This document shows positions 1 to 8,022 of a stretch of 51,908 bases of DNA, in pieces. This stretch comes from Klebsiella phage P-K7R. The stretch lies in the sequence record OM317910.1, one strand, 5' to 3'. A program made the position numbers and the translations under genes. The notes under the pieces are model-generated. The model was not told the origin of the DNA and searched no databases. It worked only from the letters and a program-made list of their open reading frames with translations. Position 1 is the first letter of the stretch, and every line of letters begins with the position of its first letter.

Positions 1-162
1 GATCAGCCTTGTTCGCGTGTCTCCGTCCTGGCGTTTGCGGCGGTCAGTGTAGTTAACTGTTTCACGGTGTATCAGGTTTTACGGTTCCGCAGTTTTCCGC
101 GCGTTTTCGGCGTAGCGGAAACGAAAGAAACATTTTAATCACCTATAAATACCCATATTAAT

Positions 163-181
163 CAATTAGTTAGTTATATAT
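163..181 (+). repeat. CAATTAGTTAGTTATATAT, core of an AT-rich non-coding region; near copy at 28319..28337
   Basis: Direct reading: 18/19 identity to CAATAAGTTAGTTATATAT at 28319; flanking GGTTCCGCAG and ACCTATAA also shared. Confidence 0.7.
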
Positions 182-445
182 GTATTTATAATGTTTTCTA
201 TACGTTTCTAATGTATCAGGTATTTATGCATACCCCCTTTCTATTCTCTATGTAGTATTGATTAAATTTTGTACTATTGGGCGCTGGCTTTCTCATTGGC
301 GGCTCGCTGGCTTTCTTTATTATGAGGGGTGCGCTAAAGTACCCCTCCGCAAAAGTTGAAACAGCAGAAACGGGGAAAAACAAAATTTATTTTCAATTCA
401 ATCAATGACTTAAACGCGAAAATGTAACTTTTTCTCGAAAAAGCG

Positions 446-473
446 TTGTCTGTACACTTTGTACATGTATAAT
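446..473 (+). promoter_or_regulatory. Sigma70-like promoter TTGTCT-N16-TATAAT with inverted repeat TGTAC-ACTTT-GTACA (451..465) over the spacer
   Basis: Direct reading; located upstream of the first plus-strand gene. Confidence 0.65.
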
Positions 474-507
474 GTGTTTCATCGCAACGACCAAAGGAGA
501 TAACACT

Positions 508-942
508 ATGTCAAATATGAGTTTTGGTGATCAATTACGTGCCGCAGCGCTCATGCTGGCGAACGGTGAGCGTGACGAAATTTTCATGAGCGACTTTCAA
601 TTACAGGCCGCTTCCGGTCGCGAGGTAATCCATCCGGGGCATCTCCGAACAACGATGGGCCGAGCGGTTCGCCACCTGGGAGGCATCAGCGTTAAGCGTG
701 TGAAAGCAGACGACGAGAGGCCGGATGGGTACATTGCAACGTTTGTTGCGGAGCCAAAGCGAAAGATCTTAACCAATGACGACGCAGCAGCCATTGAAGC
801 AAAGGCGGTCGCAAAGTTCGCAAAACGCATCCTGTCCATCATGCCAAACGTGATGCACCTGGAAGGCGCGGAGCGAGAAGGGGCGATAGAGGGCATCAAC
901 CTTTATCAGAAGATGATTCGCGAAATGGTGGAGGGAGAATAA
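508..942 (+). CDS. Hypothetical protein (MSNMSFGDQLRAAAL...)
   Basis: ORF 472..942; ATG at 508 preceded by AAAGGAG. Confidence 0.75.
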   Translation: MSNMSFGDQLRAAALMLANGERDEIFMSDFQLQAASGREVIHPGHLRTTMGRAVRHLGGISVKRVKADDERPDGYIATFVAEPKRKILTNDDAAAIEAKAVAKFAKRILSIMPNVMHLEGAEREGAIEGINLYQKMIREMVEGE

Positions 943-1127
943 TGCTTGTCAAGTTAGATAAAGGCTTTCCACTTGATCGGCTTGAGCAGGGCATGCGCGA
1001 CGGACTGATTTACAAGCGCGTCGAGCTTGAGGAGGGCGTGATGTACGAGCAATTGCTCAAGTGGGCCGGGATTGCCCGGCTGTTTCGTGATAATCAGCTT
1101 TATATCGAGGTGCCTGATAATGCATAA
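942..1127 (+). CDS. Hypothetical protein
   Basis: ORF overlapping upstream stop. Confidence 0.6.
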   Translation: MLVKLDKGFPLDRLEQGMRDGLIYKRVELEEGVMYEQLLKWAGIARLFRDNQLYIEVPDNA

Positions 1128-1221
1128 GTTCGCTCCGTGGTTGCTGATTGGTGCGCTGTTTTGCGGCGTCGTTGGGTTCACGCTGCAACTCGTCGGCCTG
1201 ATCATGATGATTTGGGGGTGA
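1120..1221 (+). CDS. Small membrane protein MHKFAPWLLIGALFCGVVGFTLQLVGLIMMIWG
   Basis: Manual translation, 33 aa, overlaps upstream stop, hydrophobic. Confidence 0.5.
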   Translation: MHKFAPWLLIGALFCGVVGFTLQLVGLIMMIWG

Positions 1222-1223
1222 TT

Positions 1224-1295
1224 ATGTACACTGGCGAGCTAATCATCTCAATCATTGCGCTGATATTTTTCGCGATGATATTCATCAAAGACTAA
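1224..1295 (+). CDS. Micro membrane protein MYTGELIISIIALIFFAMIFIKD
   Basis: Manual translation, 23 aa, stop adjacent to palindrome at 1297. Confidence 0.45.
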   Translation: MYTGELIISIIALIFFAMIFIKD

Positions 1296-1296
1296 A

Positions 1297-1339
1297 TAGC
1301 ACGAATTGCTAAAAACCTTTCAGGGGAATGCGCTATTAT
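1297..1339 (+). promoter_or_regulatory. Palindrome TAGCACGAATTGCTA (1297..1311) + N22 + TATTAT (1334..1339)
   Basis: Direct reading; AGGGGAAT/ATTCCCCT inverted repeat around -10 (1322..1345). Confidence 0.85.
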
Positions 1340-1369
1340 TCCCCTACACCAACAAACGAGGAAACCACA

Positions 1370-1780
1370 ATGAGAAATTGCAAAACCCTTAACGAGCATG
1401 ACGCTGGCTATGTGATGGTTTGCATCATGTCAGAGATTCCAGCCTTCCAGGTCGGCAAGCGATACACCACCGAGAAAGGCTCGATCAAGCTTTTCGGCGA
1501 TGGTTGCCCGGATATCAACGGCGGCTTTAGCCTCAACTATCAGCGCTACCGCTATTACGGCGTTGAGGGTGCAAGCATTTACGCTAAATTCATTATGCTG
1601 AAAGACAACAAAGGCCGCTACGTTAAGCACGACACGCAGCCGCGCCACGTTCAGAAGCAACGCCGCAATGGCAAGGCCGACAAACGCCGCTTCCGTCGCT
1701 ATGTGCGCCAGCTAATGAAAACGCAAATGTCACCGCTTGAGCGTAAGGTTTTTGGTCGTCTGTCTCGTCATGGTCTGTAA
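1370..1780 (+). CDS. Hypothetical basic protein
   Basis: ORF 1328..1780; ATG at 1370 follows the promoter element. Confidence 0.7.
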   Translation: MRNCKTLNEHDAGYVMVCIMSEIPAFQVGKRYTTEKGSIKLFGDGCPDINGGFSLNYQRYRYYGVEGASIYAKFIMLKDNKGRYVKHDTQPRHVQKQRRNGKADKRRFRRYVRQLMKTQMSPLERKVFGRLSRHGL

Positions 1781-1790
1781 GGAGAATATT

Positions 1791-1976
1791 ATGAAAGAGT
1801 TTATGAAATCCATTGTTGTTTTGTCCCTGGTTGCGGCTGGCGCTTACCTGTCAGATAACACAATCACAAGCTTCATCTCAACAAGCCTTATCCTCATCGG
1901 CGGCTTGTGGGGCGGATACCTGGACGGCTACAAGAAAGGCCGCGAGGATGGCGTTCGTTACATGCTGGGCGAATAG
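1791..1976 (+). CDS. Small membrane protein (MKEFMKSIVVLSLVAAGAYLSD...)
   Basis: ORF with AAGGAG upstream; two hydrophobic segments. Confidence 0.7.
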   Translation: MKEFMKSIVVLSLVAAGAYLSDNTITSFISTSLILIGGLWGGYLDGYKKGREDGVRYMLGE

Positions 1977-2016
1977 CACTTTTTGTTAAAACTCACGGAT
2001 GGGGTTTCGGTATAGT
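1974..2016 (+). promoter_or_regulatory. Palindrome TAGCACTTTTTGTTA + N22 + TATAGT
   Basis: Direct reading; GATGGGGTT/AACCCCATC arms at 1998..2006 and 2017..2025. Confidence 0.85.
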
Positions 2017-2047
2017 AACCCCATCGAAACGAAATGAGGATTGAACA

Positions 2048-2209
2048 ATGTACACCGTTAAGACCTGGGAACATGAGCAAAGCGAAAATGTAACTTGGAG
2101 GGTTTTTCACACGCTGGACGGCGCATACAAGTTCGCAAAAAATGGCGGATTCTACAAAGCGCAAATCATCGGTGATTGCGACGAGGTGATTTATGAGTTT
2201 AAAGCGTGA
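2048..2209 (+). CDS. Hypothetical 53-aa protein MYTVKTWEHEQSENVTWRVFHTLDGAYKFAK...
   Basis: Manual translation, overlaps start of next ORF. Confidence 0.55.
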   Translation: MYTVKTWEHEQSENVTWRVFHTLDGAYKFAKNGGFYKAQIIGDCDEVIYEFKA

Positions 2210-2390
2210 TGTGACCTACAAGAGCAGGTTTGCGGAACGCTGGTGGAGGTGGGACGGCCTCCACGTTTGGACGCGCGGCCTGGGCGATTACAAATGGCAC
2301 CTCGCTTGTGGATGGCCTCAGCCGGAAATGAGCAAGCGGGATCTGGAATACTACGTTAACAAAGGCGAATTTGTGGAGGTAACGGAATGA
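2193..2390 (+). CDS. Hypothetical protein
   Basis: ORF. Confidence 0.6.
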   Translation: MSLKRDVTYKSRFAERWWRWDGLHVWTRGLGDYKWHLACGWPQPEMSKRDLEYYVNKGEFVEVTE

Positions 2391-2923
2391 TCAAGTTTGA
2401 GTTATGGGGTGAGTTCTATCACGTATCAGCTTCTAAAGGCATTGTGATTGTCGATCTGGATGGCACGTTAAGCGACGGCATGCACCGCTTGCACCTGCTA
2501 CCAACAAAGGATTTGCACCTAACGGAGAGTTGGAGCGAATTTAACCGGGCGGCGATTAATGATACCCCGATTCAAAACACGATCGATATTGTCAACGGCC
2601 TTTGGGTATCTGGTTTCGGCGTCATCATCCTGACTGGTCGCAGCGATGAGGTTGCGCAAGAAACTTACCTTTGGCTTGACCGCCACCGCGTCAAGTTCGA
2701 TTACATGATCATGCGGCGCTCACACGACAACCGCAAAGACACGGTAATCAAGGAGGAAGTATTGAGGGCTATTGGGCTGGAAAACATCACTTGCGCGTTT
2801 GATGATTCACCAGCAGTGATTAAACACTTTCGCGGCCTTGGAATCACAACCTATCAGGTTACGGAATACGACAAGCCGCACGCGCATTTACAATCGCACG
2901 GCGTGGAGGAGTTGAAGAAATGA
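2387..2923 (+). CDS. HAD-family phosphatase (polynucleotide kinase 3'-phosphatase-like)
   Basis: Motif VDLDGTLSDG, later ILTGRSDE and FDDSPAV. Confidence 0.8.
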   Translation: MIKFELWGEFYHVSASKGIVIVDLDGTLSDGMHRLHLLPTKDLHLTESWSEFNRAAINDTPIQNTIDIVNGLWVSGFGVIILTGRSDEVAQETYLWLDRHRVKFDYMIMRRSHDNRKDTVIKEEVLRAIGLENITCAFDDSPAVIKHFRGLGITTYQVTEYDKPHAHLQSHGVEELKK

Positions 2924-2991
2924 GCGCCTTTACAGTAATGCATACCCTCGCCTGGCTGGCTATTTTCGGTTATTTGTTCGCGACCTACTAA
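2920..2991 (+). CDS. Micro membrane protein MSAFTVMHTLAWLAIFGYLFATY
   Basis: Manual translation, ATGA overlap with upstream stop, just before palindrome. Confidence 0.45.
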   Translation: MSAFTVMHTLAWLAIFGYLFATY

Positions 2992-2992
2992 A

Positions 2993-3035
2993 CAGCACTA
3001 ATTGCTAAAACACGAAATCGGGGTTGCTGTATAGT
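2993..3035 (+). promoter_or_regulatory. Palindrome CAGCACTAATTGCTA + N22 + TATAGT
   Basis: Direct reading; GGGGT/ACCCC inverted repeat around -10. Confidence 0.8.
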
Positions 3036-3066
3036 GACCCCATCAAGACAACAAAGGAGAAACATC

Positions 3067-3258
3067 ATGATTTACGCGGTTATCACCCTGGCGGTTATGG
3101 TTCTGGTGCTGTATGCGTGCGGTTGCTTCCTCATGCGGGCATTCCTGAAAACGGCGGATTCGACGGATCGGGATAAGCTCTATCCTGTGCTTTGCTGGCC
3201 CTGGCTAATGATTACCGCCGTTGGCGAGGTGATGCTTTCCGGTCAATTCAAATGGTGA
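3067..3258 (+). CDS. Small membrane protein
   Basis: ORF 3034..3258; ATG 3067 after AAAGGAG; hydrophobic. Confidence 0.65.
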   Translation: MIYAVITLAVMVLVLYACGCFLMRAFLKTADSTDRDKLYPVLCWPWLMITAVGEVMLSGQFKW

Positions 3259-3266
3259 GGTGATGC

Positions 3267-3467
3267 ATGAACATCAAAATGTGGCATAACGGTTTTACCT
3301 ACAACGTGCAATTTCGCGGAAAGTTCTATTACTGGTGCGATGAGGGTAGCAACCGCTGGCGTCGCCGGATATACCAGGAAGGCGCGGAGCATGAGCGCAA
3401 GATCGCAGAGCGCGAGGGCCGCATAGAGTGGGTCAAACTGAAAGTAACAGATGGCTTGCCCGTATAG
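3267..3467 (+). CDS. Hypothetical protein
   Basis: ORF; TAG stop lies within palindrome. Confidence 0.65.
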   Translation: MNIKMWHNGFTYNVQFRGKFYYWCDEGSNRWRRRIYQEGAEHERKIAEREGRIEWVKLKVTDGLPV

Positions 3468-3507
3468 CACGAATTGCTAAAACAAACGAAATTAGGGCCG
3501 CTATAAT
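3465..3507 (+). promoter_or_regulatory. Palindrome TAGCACGAATTGCTA + N22 + TATAAT
   Basis: Direct reading; AGGGCC/GGCCCT arms at 3494..3499 and 3508..3513. Confidence 0.87.
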
Positions 3508-3543
3508 GGCCCTGCAAAGCAACGAGAGAGGAGCAAAAATAAG

Positions 3544-3822
3544 ATGAACATTTACGAGTCCGCAAGCAAAAAATCGTTCTACATCGTCGAGAGCGGCCTT
3601 ATTTACTTCAATGACAAGCCGGAGTTAACTGGCGCTATCGTCTCATCGTTCAACGATAGCCACACGCCGGAGCAATTCGACGAAATGATTAAGCGCCACG
3701 GCTGGACTTTGCAGGAGCCGGAAGAGGTTACAGTGTGGCAGATCACAAAGGCCGACGCACTGAAAGCGGTTGGCGTCACCCTGGCATTTGCGGCACTGTT
3801 TATCGGCATCATGGCACTGTAA
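3544..3822 (+). CDS. Hypothetical protein with C-terminal hydrophobic segment
   Basis: ORF. Confidence 0.7.
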   Translation: MNIYESASKKSFYIVESGLIYFNDKPELTGAIVSSFNDSHTPEQFDEMIKRHGWTLQEPEEVTVWQITKADALKAVGVTLAFAALFIGIMAL

Positions 3823-3830
3823 GGAAAATT

Positions 3831-3965
3831 ATGCGCAACTTCGAGAAAATCCAGACCAACAAAAGCCGCCGCAAGTATAACGCGGAGGCGGAACACAACC
3901 GCAAGATGAAGAAAAAGCGCGTTAAACCGGGTAAGCACAGCAAACGTTATGGAGAGGAGTTCTGA
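3831..3965 (+). CDS. Small highly basic protein MRNFEKIQTNKSRRKYNAEAEHNRKMKKKRVKPGKHSKRYGEEF
   Basis: In-frame ATG within ORF 3735..3965 after AAGG. Confidence 0.5.
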   Translation: MRNFEKIQTNKSRRKYNAEAEHNRKMKKKRVKPGKHSKRYGEEF

Positions 3966-3967
3966 TT

Positions 3968-4555
3968 ATGGCAAAGATTATCGTACTGAATGCACCACCA
4001 CACAGCGGCAAAGACACTATCGGCGGCCTGGTTAAAGATGAGTCACCCGTACCGCTGCGCATGATGAGCTTCAAAGCGCCGATGTTTGAGATCGCACTCG
4101 CCATGCTCGGCCCGGTTAAGTATCGCCAATTCATTGAGGCTTACAACGACCGGAGCCAGAAGGAAAAAGCGCAGGACTTCCTGAATGGTAAGTCTCCTCG
4201 CGAGTTCATGATCTGGATTAGCGAGGACGTGATTAAGCCGCGATTTGGTAACGGCTACTTCGGCAAGCGGTTTGCAGAGGATGCAGAGCTAAACGATATC
4301 CCCATCATTTGCACGGATGGCGGTTTCCCGGATGAGATAATCGAGCTTATCAGGGGCGGGCATGAGGTCAAGCTTTGCCGACTGCATCGCGACGGTTACA
4401 CCTTCGACGGTGACAGCCGCGACTATATCAGGATTAGTTCCGCCAAGGATAACGTAAGCGGCTATTGTGAATACGATTATTATCTGACCGATGGCGATCC
4501 GATGCTAACCGTTAACGAAATCATTCGCGATCACCTCAATAGCACGAATTGCTAA
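3968..4555 (+). CDS. Deoxynucleoside monophosphate kinase-like P-loop protein
   Basis: N-terminal IIVLNAPPHSGKDTIG Walker A-like motif. Confidence 0.7.
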   Translation: MAKIIVLNAPPHSGKDTIGGLVKDESPVPLRMMSFKAPMFEIALAMLGPVKYRQFIEAYNDRSQKEKAQDFLNGKSPREFMIWISEDVIKPRFGNGYFGKRFAEDAELNDIPIICTDGGFPDEIIELIRGGHEVKLCRLHRDGYTFDGDSRDYIRISSAKDNVSGYCEYDYYLTDGDPMLTVNEIIRDHLNSTNC

Positions 4556-4582
4556 AACTTGCCTAAGCCCATTTGATATAGT
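4540..4582 (+). promoter_or_regulatory. Palindrome TAGCACGAATTGCTA + N22 + TATAGT
   Basis: Direct reading; AAGCCCA/TGGGCTT arms at 4565..4571 and 4582..4588; overlaps end of upstream CDS. Confidence 0.87.
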
Positions 4583-4603
4583 GGGCTTATTCGAGATAGG
4601 AGC

Positions 4604-4786
4604 ATGCAAAATATGTTTTATATAACCACTAGCAAGCAATGCTTATACACTCCCGGCGTCAGTATTGACGCCAGTTTAGAGGGTGATAAATTAGTATTGA
4701 CAACCAAAGACGCCAGCGATAAAGTGCTGCGCAAGATTGAGATGGCCCGCGATGAGGCCGAAACACTGACCATCAAAAGGAGTTAA
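4604..4786 (+). CDS. Hypothetical protein
   Basis: ORF with ATAGGAG upstream. Confidence 0.65.
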   Translation: MQNMFYITTSKQCLYTPGVSIDASLEGDKLVLTTKDASDKVLRKIEMARDEAETLTIKRS

Positions 4787-4788
4787 CC

Positions 4789-5061
4789 ATGAAAACCAAT
4801 CGTAAATACTTGGCACGTTCCTTTACCAAGATCGCAAAGCGCTGGGAGGACAGCAAAAAGACGACTGAAAACCTCCGCAAGCACGGTTTTAAGAATGCTC
4901 GCCAGTGGGGACGCGAAATGGCTAACATGTATTTTGACGAACGCGCAAGCATGTGCGCCGACTCGCTGGCGGAAATGCTGGAAGAGGCTGCACTTTGTGA
5001 TGCACCAATCACACAAGATGATTTCGACTATTTCGCATTTGAGGAGATCTCGAATTGGTAA
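4789..5061 (+). CDS. Hypothetical protein
   Basis: ORF. Confidence 0.65.
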   Translation: MKTNRKYLARSFTKIAKRWEDSKKTTENLRKHGFKNARQWGREMANMYFDERASMCADSLAEMLEEAALCDAPITQDDFDYFAFEEISNW

Positions 5062-5246
5062 GGATTCGCACCGACTATGCGGAAACGCCCTGGATAATTC
5101 CGGGTAAGGTGTACGAGGCGGAGGTATCAAAGATTAGGCCGACGCTTTACACATTCATTGGGGAGTTAGGCTCCCCGGTACTAACCGAGCTTAAACATTC
5201 GATTCATATCGGCGGCAAAGATTGGGAAATTGTAAACGAGGAATAA
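5055..5246 (+). CDS. Hypothetical protein, possible TTG start
   Basis: GAGGAG at 5041 spaced before TTG 5055; overlaps upstream stop. Confidence 0.5.
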   Translation: MVRIRTDYAETPWIIPGKVYEAEVSKIRPTLYTFIGELGSPVLTELKHSIHIGGKDWEIVNEE

Positions 5247-5250
5247 TACC

Positions 5251-5787
5251 ATGAAATTTGTGATCCCTAATGCAGACGGCAAAGACTACGGTTTCCGCAA
5301 AGGCGAAAAATACAAAGTGATCGAGGAGCTACCAAATAACTGTTATGTTGTTAGCAACCCGCTACACGAAAAGATTATTGTAAGGGTTGGCAAGCCTTCT
5401 ATGCGTCTGGGCCTGACTGATGGCGGCGAGTATGGCGAATTTGAGCTAATCGATATCCCGTTTGAGGATGATGTTGTTAGCTACCCATTGACTACGGCGG
5501 CAAGTGCAATGGCGGATGCCACGGCGGAAAGGGCGGCTAACCTTGCAAATCAGATCCGCATAGGTCAAGCGTATATCGGGGATGCAATCATTACCAGCGG
5601 AGCACTAAAGCCAAGCGGCGAGGATTGGGTTAAGCGTTGCGAACGACTGCAAGATCAGGTTAGCGAGCTTATCGCGGTTAACGAGGAAGTTCGAAAAATC
5701 CTACGTTGCCCTGATGGGTTCGATGTTCGCAAACAGGCGCAAGTTGTGCGCACGCTGGCGGATACGCTGATTGATATCACCAAATAG
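5251..5787 (+). CDS. Hypothetical protein
   Basis: ORF; TAG stop inside palindrome. Confidence 0.75.
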   Translation: MKFVIPNADGKDYGFRKGEKYKVIEELPNNCYVVSNPLHEKIIVRVGKPSMRLGLTDGGEYGEFELIDIPFEDDVVSYPLTTAASAMADATAERAANLANQIRIGQAYIGDAIITSGALKPSGEDWVKRCERLQDQVSELIAVNEEVRKILRCPDGFDVRKQAQVVRTLADTLIDITK

Positions 5788-5827
5788 CACGATTTGCTAA
5801 AACATGATCGCGGGGCTGCGCTATAGT
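5785..5827 (+). promoter_or_regulatory. Palindrome TAGCACGATTTGCTA + N22 + TATAGT
   Basis: Direct reading; GGGGCT/AGCCCC arms at 5812..5817 and 5828..5833. Confidence 0.85.
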
Positions 5828-5858
5828 AGCCCCATCGAAACGAAACGGAGAAAGCAAG

Positions 5859-6074
5859 ATGGCAATTTACACCAACACACTGTTTGAAGCGCGTAAGGAT
5901 TTCGGGGCTATCGTTGCTGGTGGAATGTACGAGTTAATCGTTGGCGAGGATGGCGATTATCTGATTGATAGCGACACTGGCGACGTGTGGGAGGTTCGCG
6001 TTGACGCTTACGATAACGACGTTGTTTTCCTCCGTGACAATCCGAAAATTAAATTTGATAAGGTTGACGCATGA
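5859..6074 (+). CDS. Hypothetical protein
   Basis: ORF after GGAGAAAG. Confidence 0.7.
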   Translation: MAIYTNTLFEARKDFGAIVAGGMYELIVGEDGDYLIDSDTGDVWEVRVDAYDNDVVFLRDNPKIKFDKVDA

Positions 6075-6117
6075 TTCAGATTAACCTTTCAGACGAGCAA
6101 GCAAAAAGGAGAGAAGA

Positions 6118-6435
6118 ATGATTTACTTGCATCGCTACCGCATCGCATCCGGGCATAGCTACAAAGACCGCGTAACGGTTTACGACGACTTAGAGAAAGC
6201 GCTTGGACAATGCAGGGTTATCGGCGGCAGCGTCCAGGCTTACGCGGCGGTTGAGGATCTGGAAGCGAAAGAGCACATTAAAGATCTGATTGTTGACGAG
6301 GTGGCTTGCCTGATTGATGATATGAGCACAGCCGCGCCGGGTTCGCCGCGAGAGCTTGAGCCAGGTTCGCCAGAATGGGATTGCTTCAAGATTAAGACGC
6401 TAAACAACATTCGCGGGATGCTGCAAGAAATTTAA
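6118..6435 (+). CDS. Hypothetical protein
   Basis: ORF; preceded by possible 16-aa coupled micro-ORF 6071..6121 (MIQINLSDEQAKRREE). Confidence 0.65.
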   Translation: MIYLHRYRIASGHSYKDRVTVYDDLEKALGQCRVIGGSVQAYAAVEDLEAKEHIKDLIVDEVACLIDDMSTAAPGSPRELEPGSPEWDCFKIKTLNNIRGMLQEI

Positions 6436-6504
6436 CGAAAACGTATAGTTCAAATCGCGCCTCAGAGCGATTCTAAGAGGCGCAAATTTTAGGAGTGTGA
6501 TTCT

Positions 6505-6633
6505 ATGGGTGAATACAAAAAACCGTCGCAGTGGTGCGCAGAGAAGCAAAACGAGGCATTGGAGCGCGGCGACACTGAAACAGCTATGCGCTACTTCGAA
6601 ATGTACAACCTTTGGATCTCAAGAGGACTTTAA
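6505..6633 (+). CDS. Hypothetical 42-aa protein MGEYKKPSQWCAEKQNEALERGDTETAMRYFEMYNLWISRGL
   Basis: Manual translation, AGGAG upstream. Confidence 0.55.
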   Translation: MGEYKKPSQWCAEKQNEALERGDTETAMRYFEMYNLWISRGL

Positions 6634-6635
6634 TA

Positions 6636-6863
6636 ATGTTTGGATTGAACGAGGCACATTGGAACATCGTTAAACGAGCGGCTCGCGGACTGAATGAAGC
6701 GGTAAGCAAGATGGAAAAGAAAGACCGCCAAAACGACAAACTCATGATCGAGGTTATTACGAAACACCATGAGCCTGTTAAAGTTCTTATCGACCGTTAC
6801 AAATTTGTGTGGACTGCTGGCTATTTAGCCGGGCGAGTTGGTCGAGCGGGAGAGTACGAGTGA
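6636..6863 (+). CDS. Hypothetical protein
   Basis: ORF 6612..6863, ATG 6636 after AAGAGG. Confidence 0.6.
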   Translation: MFGLNEAHWNIVKRAARGLNEAVSKMEKKDRQNDKLMIEVITKHHEPVKVLIDRYKFVWTAGYLAGRVGRAGEYE

Positions 6864-6869
6864 TTTAAG

Positions 6870-6898
6870 TTGACGCCGCGTGTGCTGATTGGTAACAT
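6870..6898 (+). promoter_or_regulatory. Candidate sigma70 promoter TTGACG-N17-TAACAT
   Basis: Direct reading in a 160-bp gap. Confidence 0.45.
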
Positions 6899-7022
6899 CC
6901 AAAACGTAAACATAAGAGGCCCGAACGGGTAACGCGCGGCGCGAATGTCGCAAAAATCAAATCGGCTATGCATGGCGATAGCAGCGGGAACCGTAACCCG
7001 CAACCTCTCAGGAGAAAGCAAA

Positions 7023-7208
7023 ATGCAATGGCGAGTTAACTTAACCATCCGCAAAATGGGTATGCAGTGCCAAAGTTGCAAACAGGATTTCGAAACCGTT
7101 GTTACTGCATGCAGCGCGGAGATGGCGGTTAGACTGGCAAAGGAATATTCCGGCGCTAATCAGGAAACACACCAATTTTCAATAAACTATGTAAGGAGTT
7201 TACAATGA
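7023..7208 (+). CDS. Hypothetical protein with CxxC motif (MQCQSCKQDF)
   Basis: ORF 6945..7208; ATG 7023 preceded by AGGAG. Confidence 0.6.
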   Translation: MQWRVNLTIRKMGMQCQSCKQDFETVVTACSAEMAVRLAKEYSGANQETHQFSINYVRSLQ

Positions 7209-7423
7209 TGATTTTCCTTGGCTTTATCCTAGGCTTTGTTTTCGCACTCATCTTGGGCCGCATTGGCTCCCATCACCTGGCTCGCAAAGGCATTTACGCG
7301 TCTGCGTTCTATGACAAGGAAAAAGATTTGTGGAATGTCAACGGTCGCTTCCTGTGCATCGCTGGCAAGATCGGAAATCGACTCAAGCACGAAAACGGCG
7401 AAGGCGTCAAATACAAGTGCTAA
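7205..7423 (+). CDS. Small membrane-anchored protein
   Basis: ORF; N-terminal TM (MIFLGFILGFVFALILG). Confidence 0.6.
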   Translation: MMIFLGFILGFVFALILGRIGSHHLARKGIYASAFYDKEKDLWNVNGRFLCIAGKIGNRLKHENGEGVKYKC

Positions 7424-7427
7424 AACC

Positions 7428-7453
7428 AACCCCGCTAATGCGGGGTTTTTTAT
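7428..7453 (+). terminator. Rho-independent terminator AACCCCGC-TAAT-GCGGGGTTTTTT
   Basis: Perfect 8-bp stem plus U tract. Confidence 0.9.
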
Positions 7454-7502
7454 TGTCTGCGGTTTGGTATAATCACTCCTCGTAAAATAGGAGGTGAAAA
7501 CC

Positions 7503-8021
7503 ATGAGCGAAAAGAAAGTGCATGAGGCGTATAACTTCAAGCGCCTTTATAACAAAAAGTACGGCGATATCATCACGCTGAATCAATCACACCGCTACAC
7601 GCCGGAGCAGGTCTTTGATATGGCGATCCGTTATTTCGAGTGGGCGGAATCCAACGCGCTAAAATCTGCGGAAAGCTCCTCATTCCAGGGGCGAACCTAT
7701 CAGGACGAGGTGCGGAAGCCGCGAATCTTCACCCTCAACGGCTTACGCCTGTTTAATAGCTGGTCAAAGTGTGCGCTTGAGAAGTGGCGCAAAGAGCCTG
7801 GCTTTTGTGACGTTATGGAGTTCATCGACTCTGTGATCTATGAGCAGAAATTCCAGCTTGCGGCAAACGGCGTGGTTAGCGCGAATTTCATTGGTAAAGA
7901 TTTGGGACTGGATAACGCCCCACAGGTTAACGTTGTCGCCAAGGCGGAAAACACCAGCATTGAAGCGGTTAGCGCCGAAGAGATAAAAGAGGCGGTGCGC
8001 GATATCCTGGAGGAAATCTAA
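7503..8021 (+). CDS. Terminase small subunit / DNA packaging protein
   Basis: Immediately upstream of TerL; size and composition. Confidence 0.7.
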   Translation: MSEKKVHEAYNFKRLYNKKYGDIITLNQSHRYTPEQVFDMAIRYFEWAESNALKSAESSSFQGRTYQDEVRKPRIFTLNGLRLFNSWSKCALEKWRKEPGFCDVMEFIDSVIYEQKFQLAANGVVSANFIGKDLGLDNAPQVNVVAKAENTSIEAVSAEEIKEAVRDILEEI

Positions 8022-8022
8022 T

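Noticed and set aside
472-507. Upstream start codon at 472 for the first gene
   Set aside because: It overlaps the promoter -10 (TATAAT 468..473); the ATG at 508 has a proper RBS.
6875-6940. Possible tRNA (7-bp acceptor-like stem GCCGCGT/GCGCGGC)
   Set aside because: Only 66 nt, no TTCRA T-loop, no convincing anticodon arm or CCA; kept only as a structured gap.
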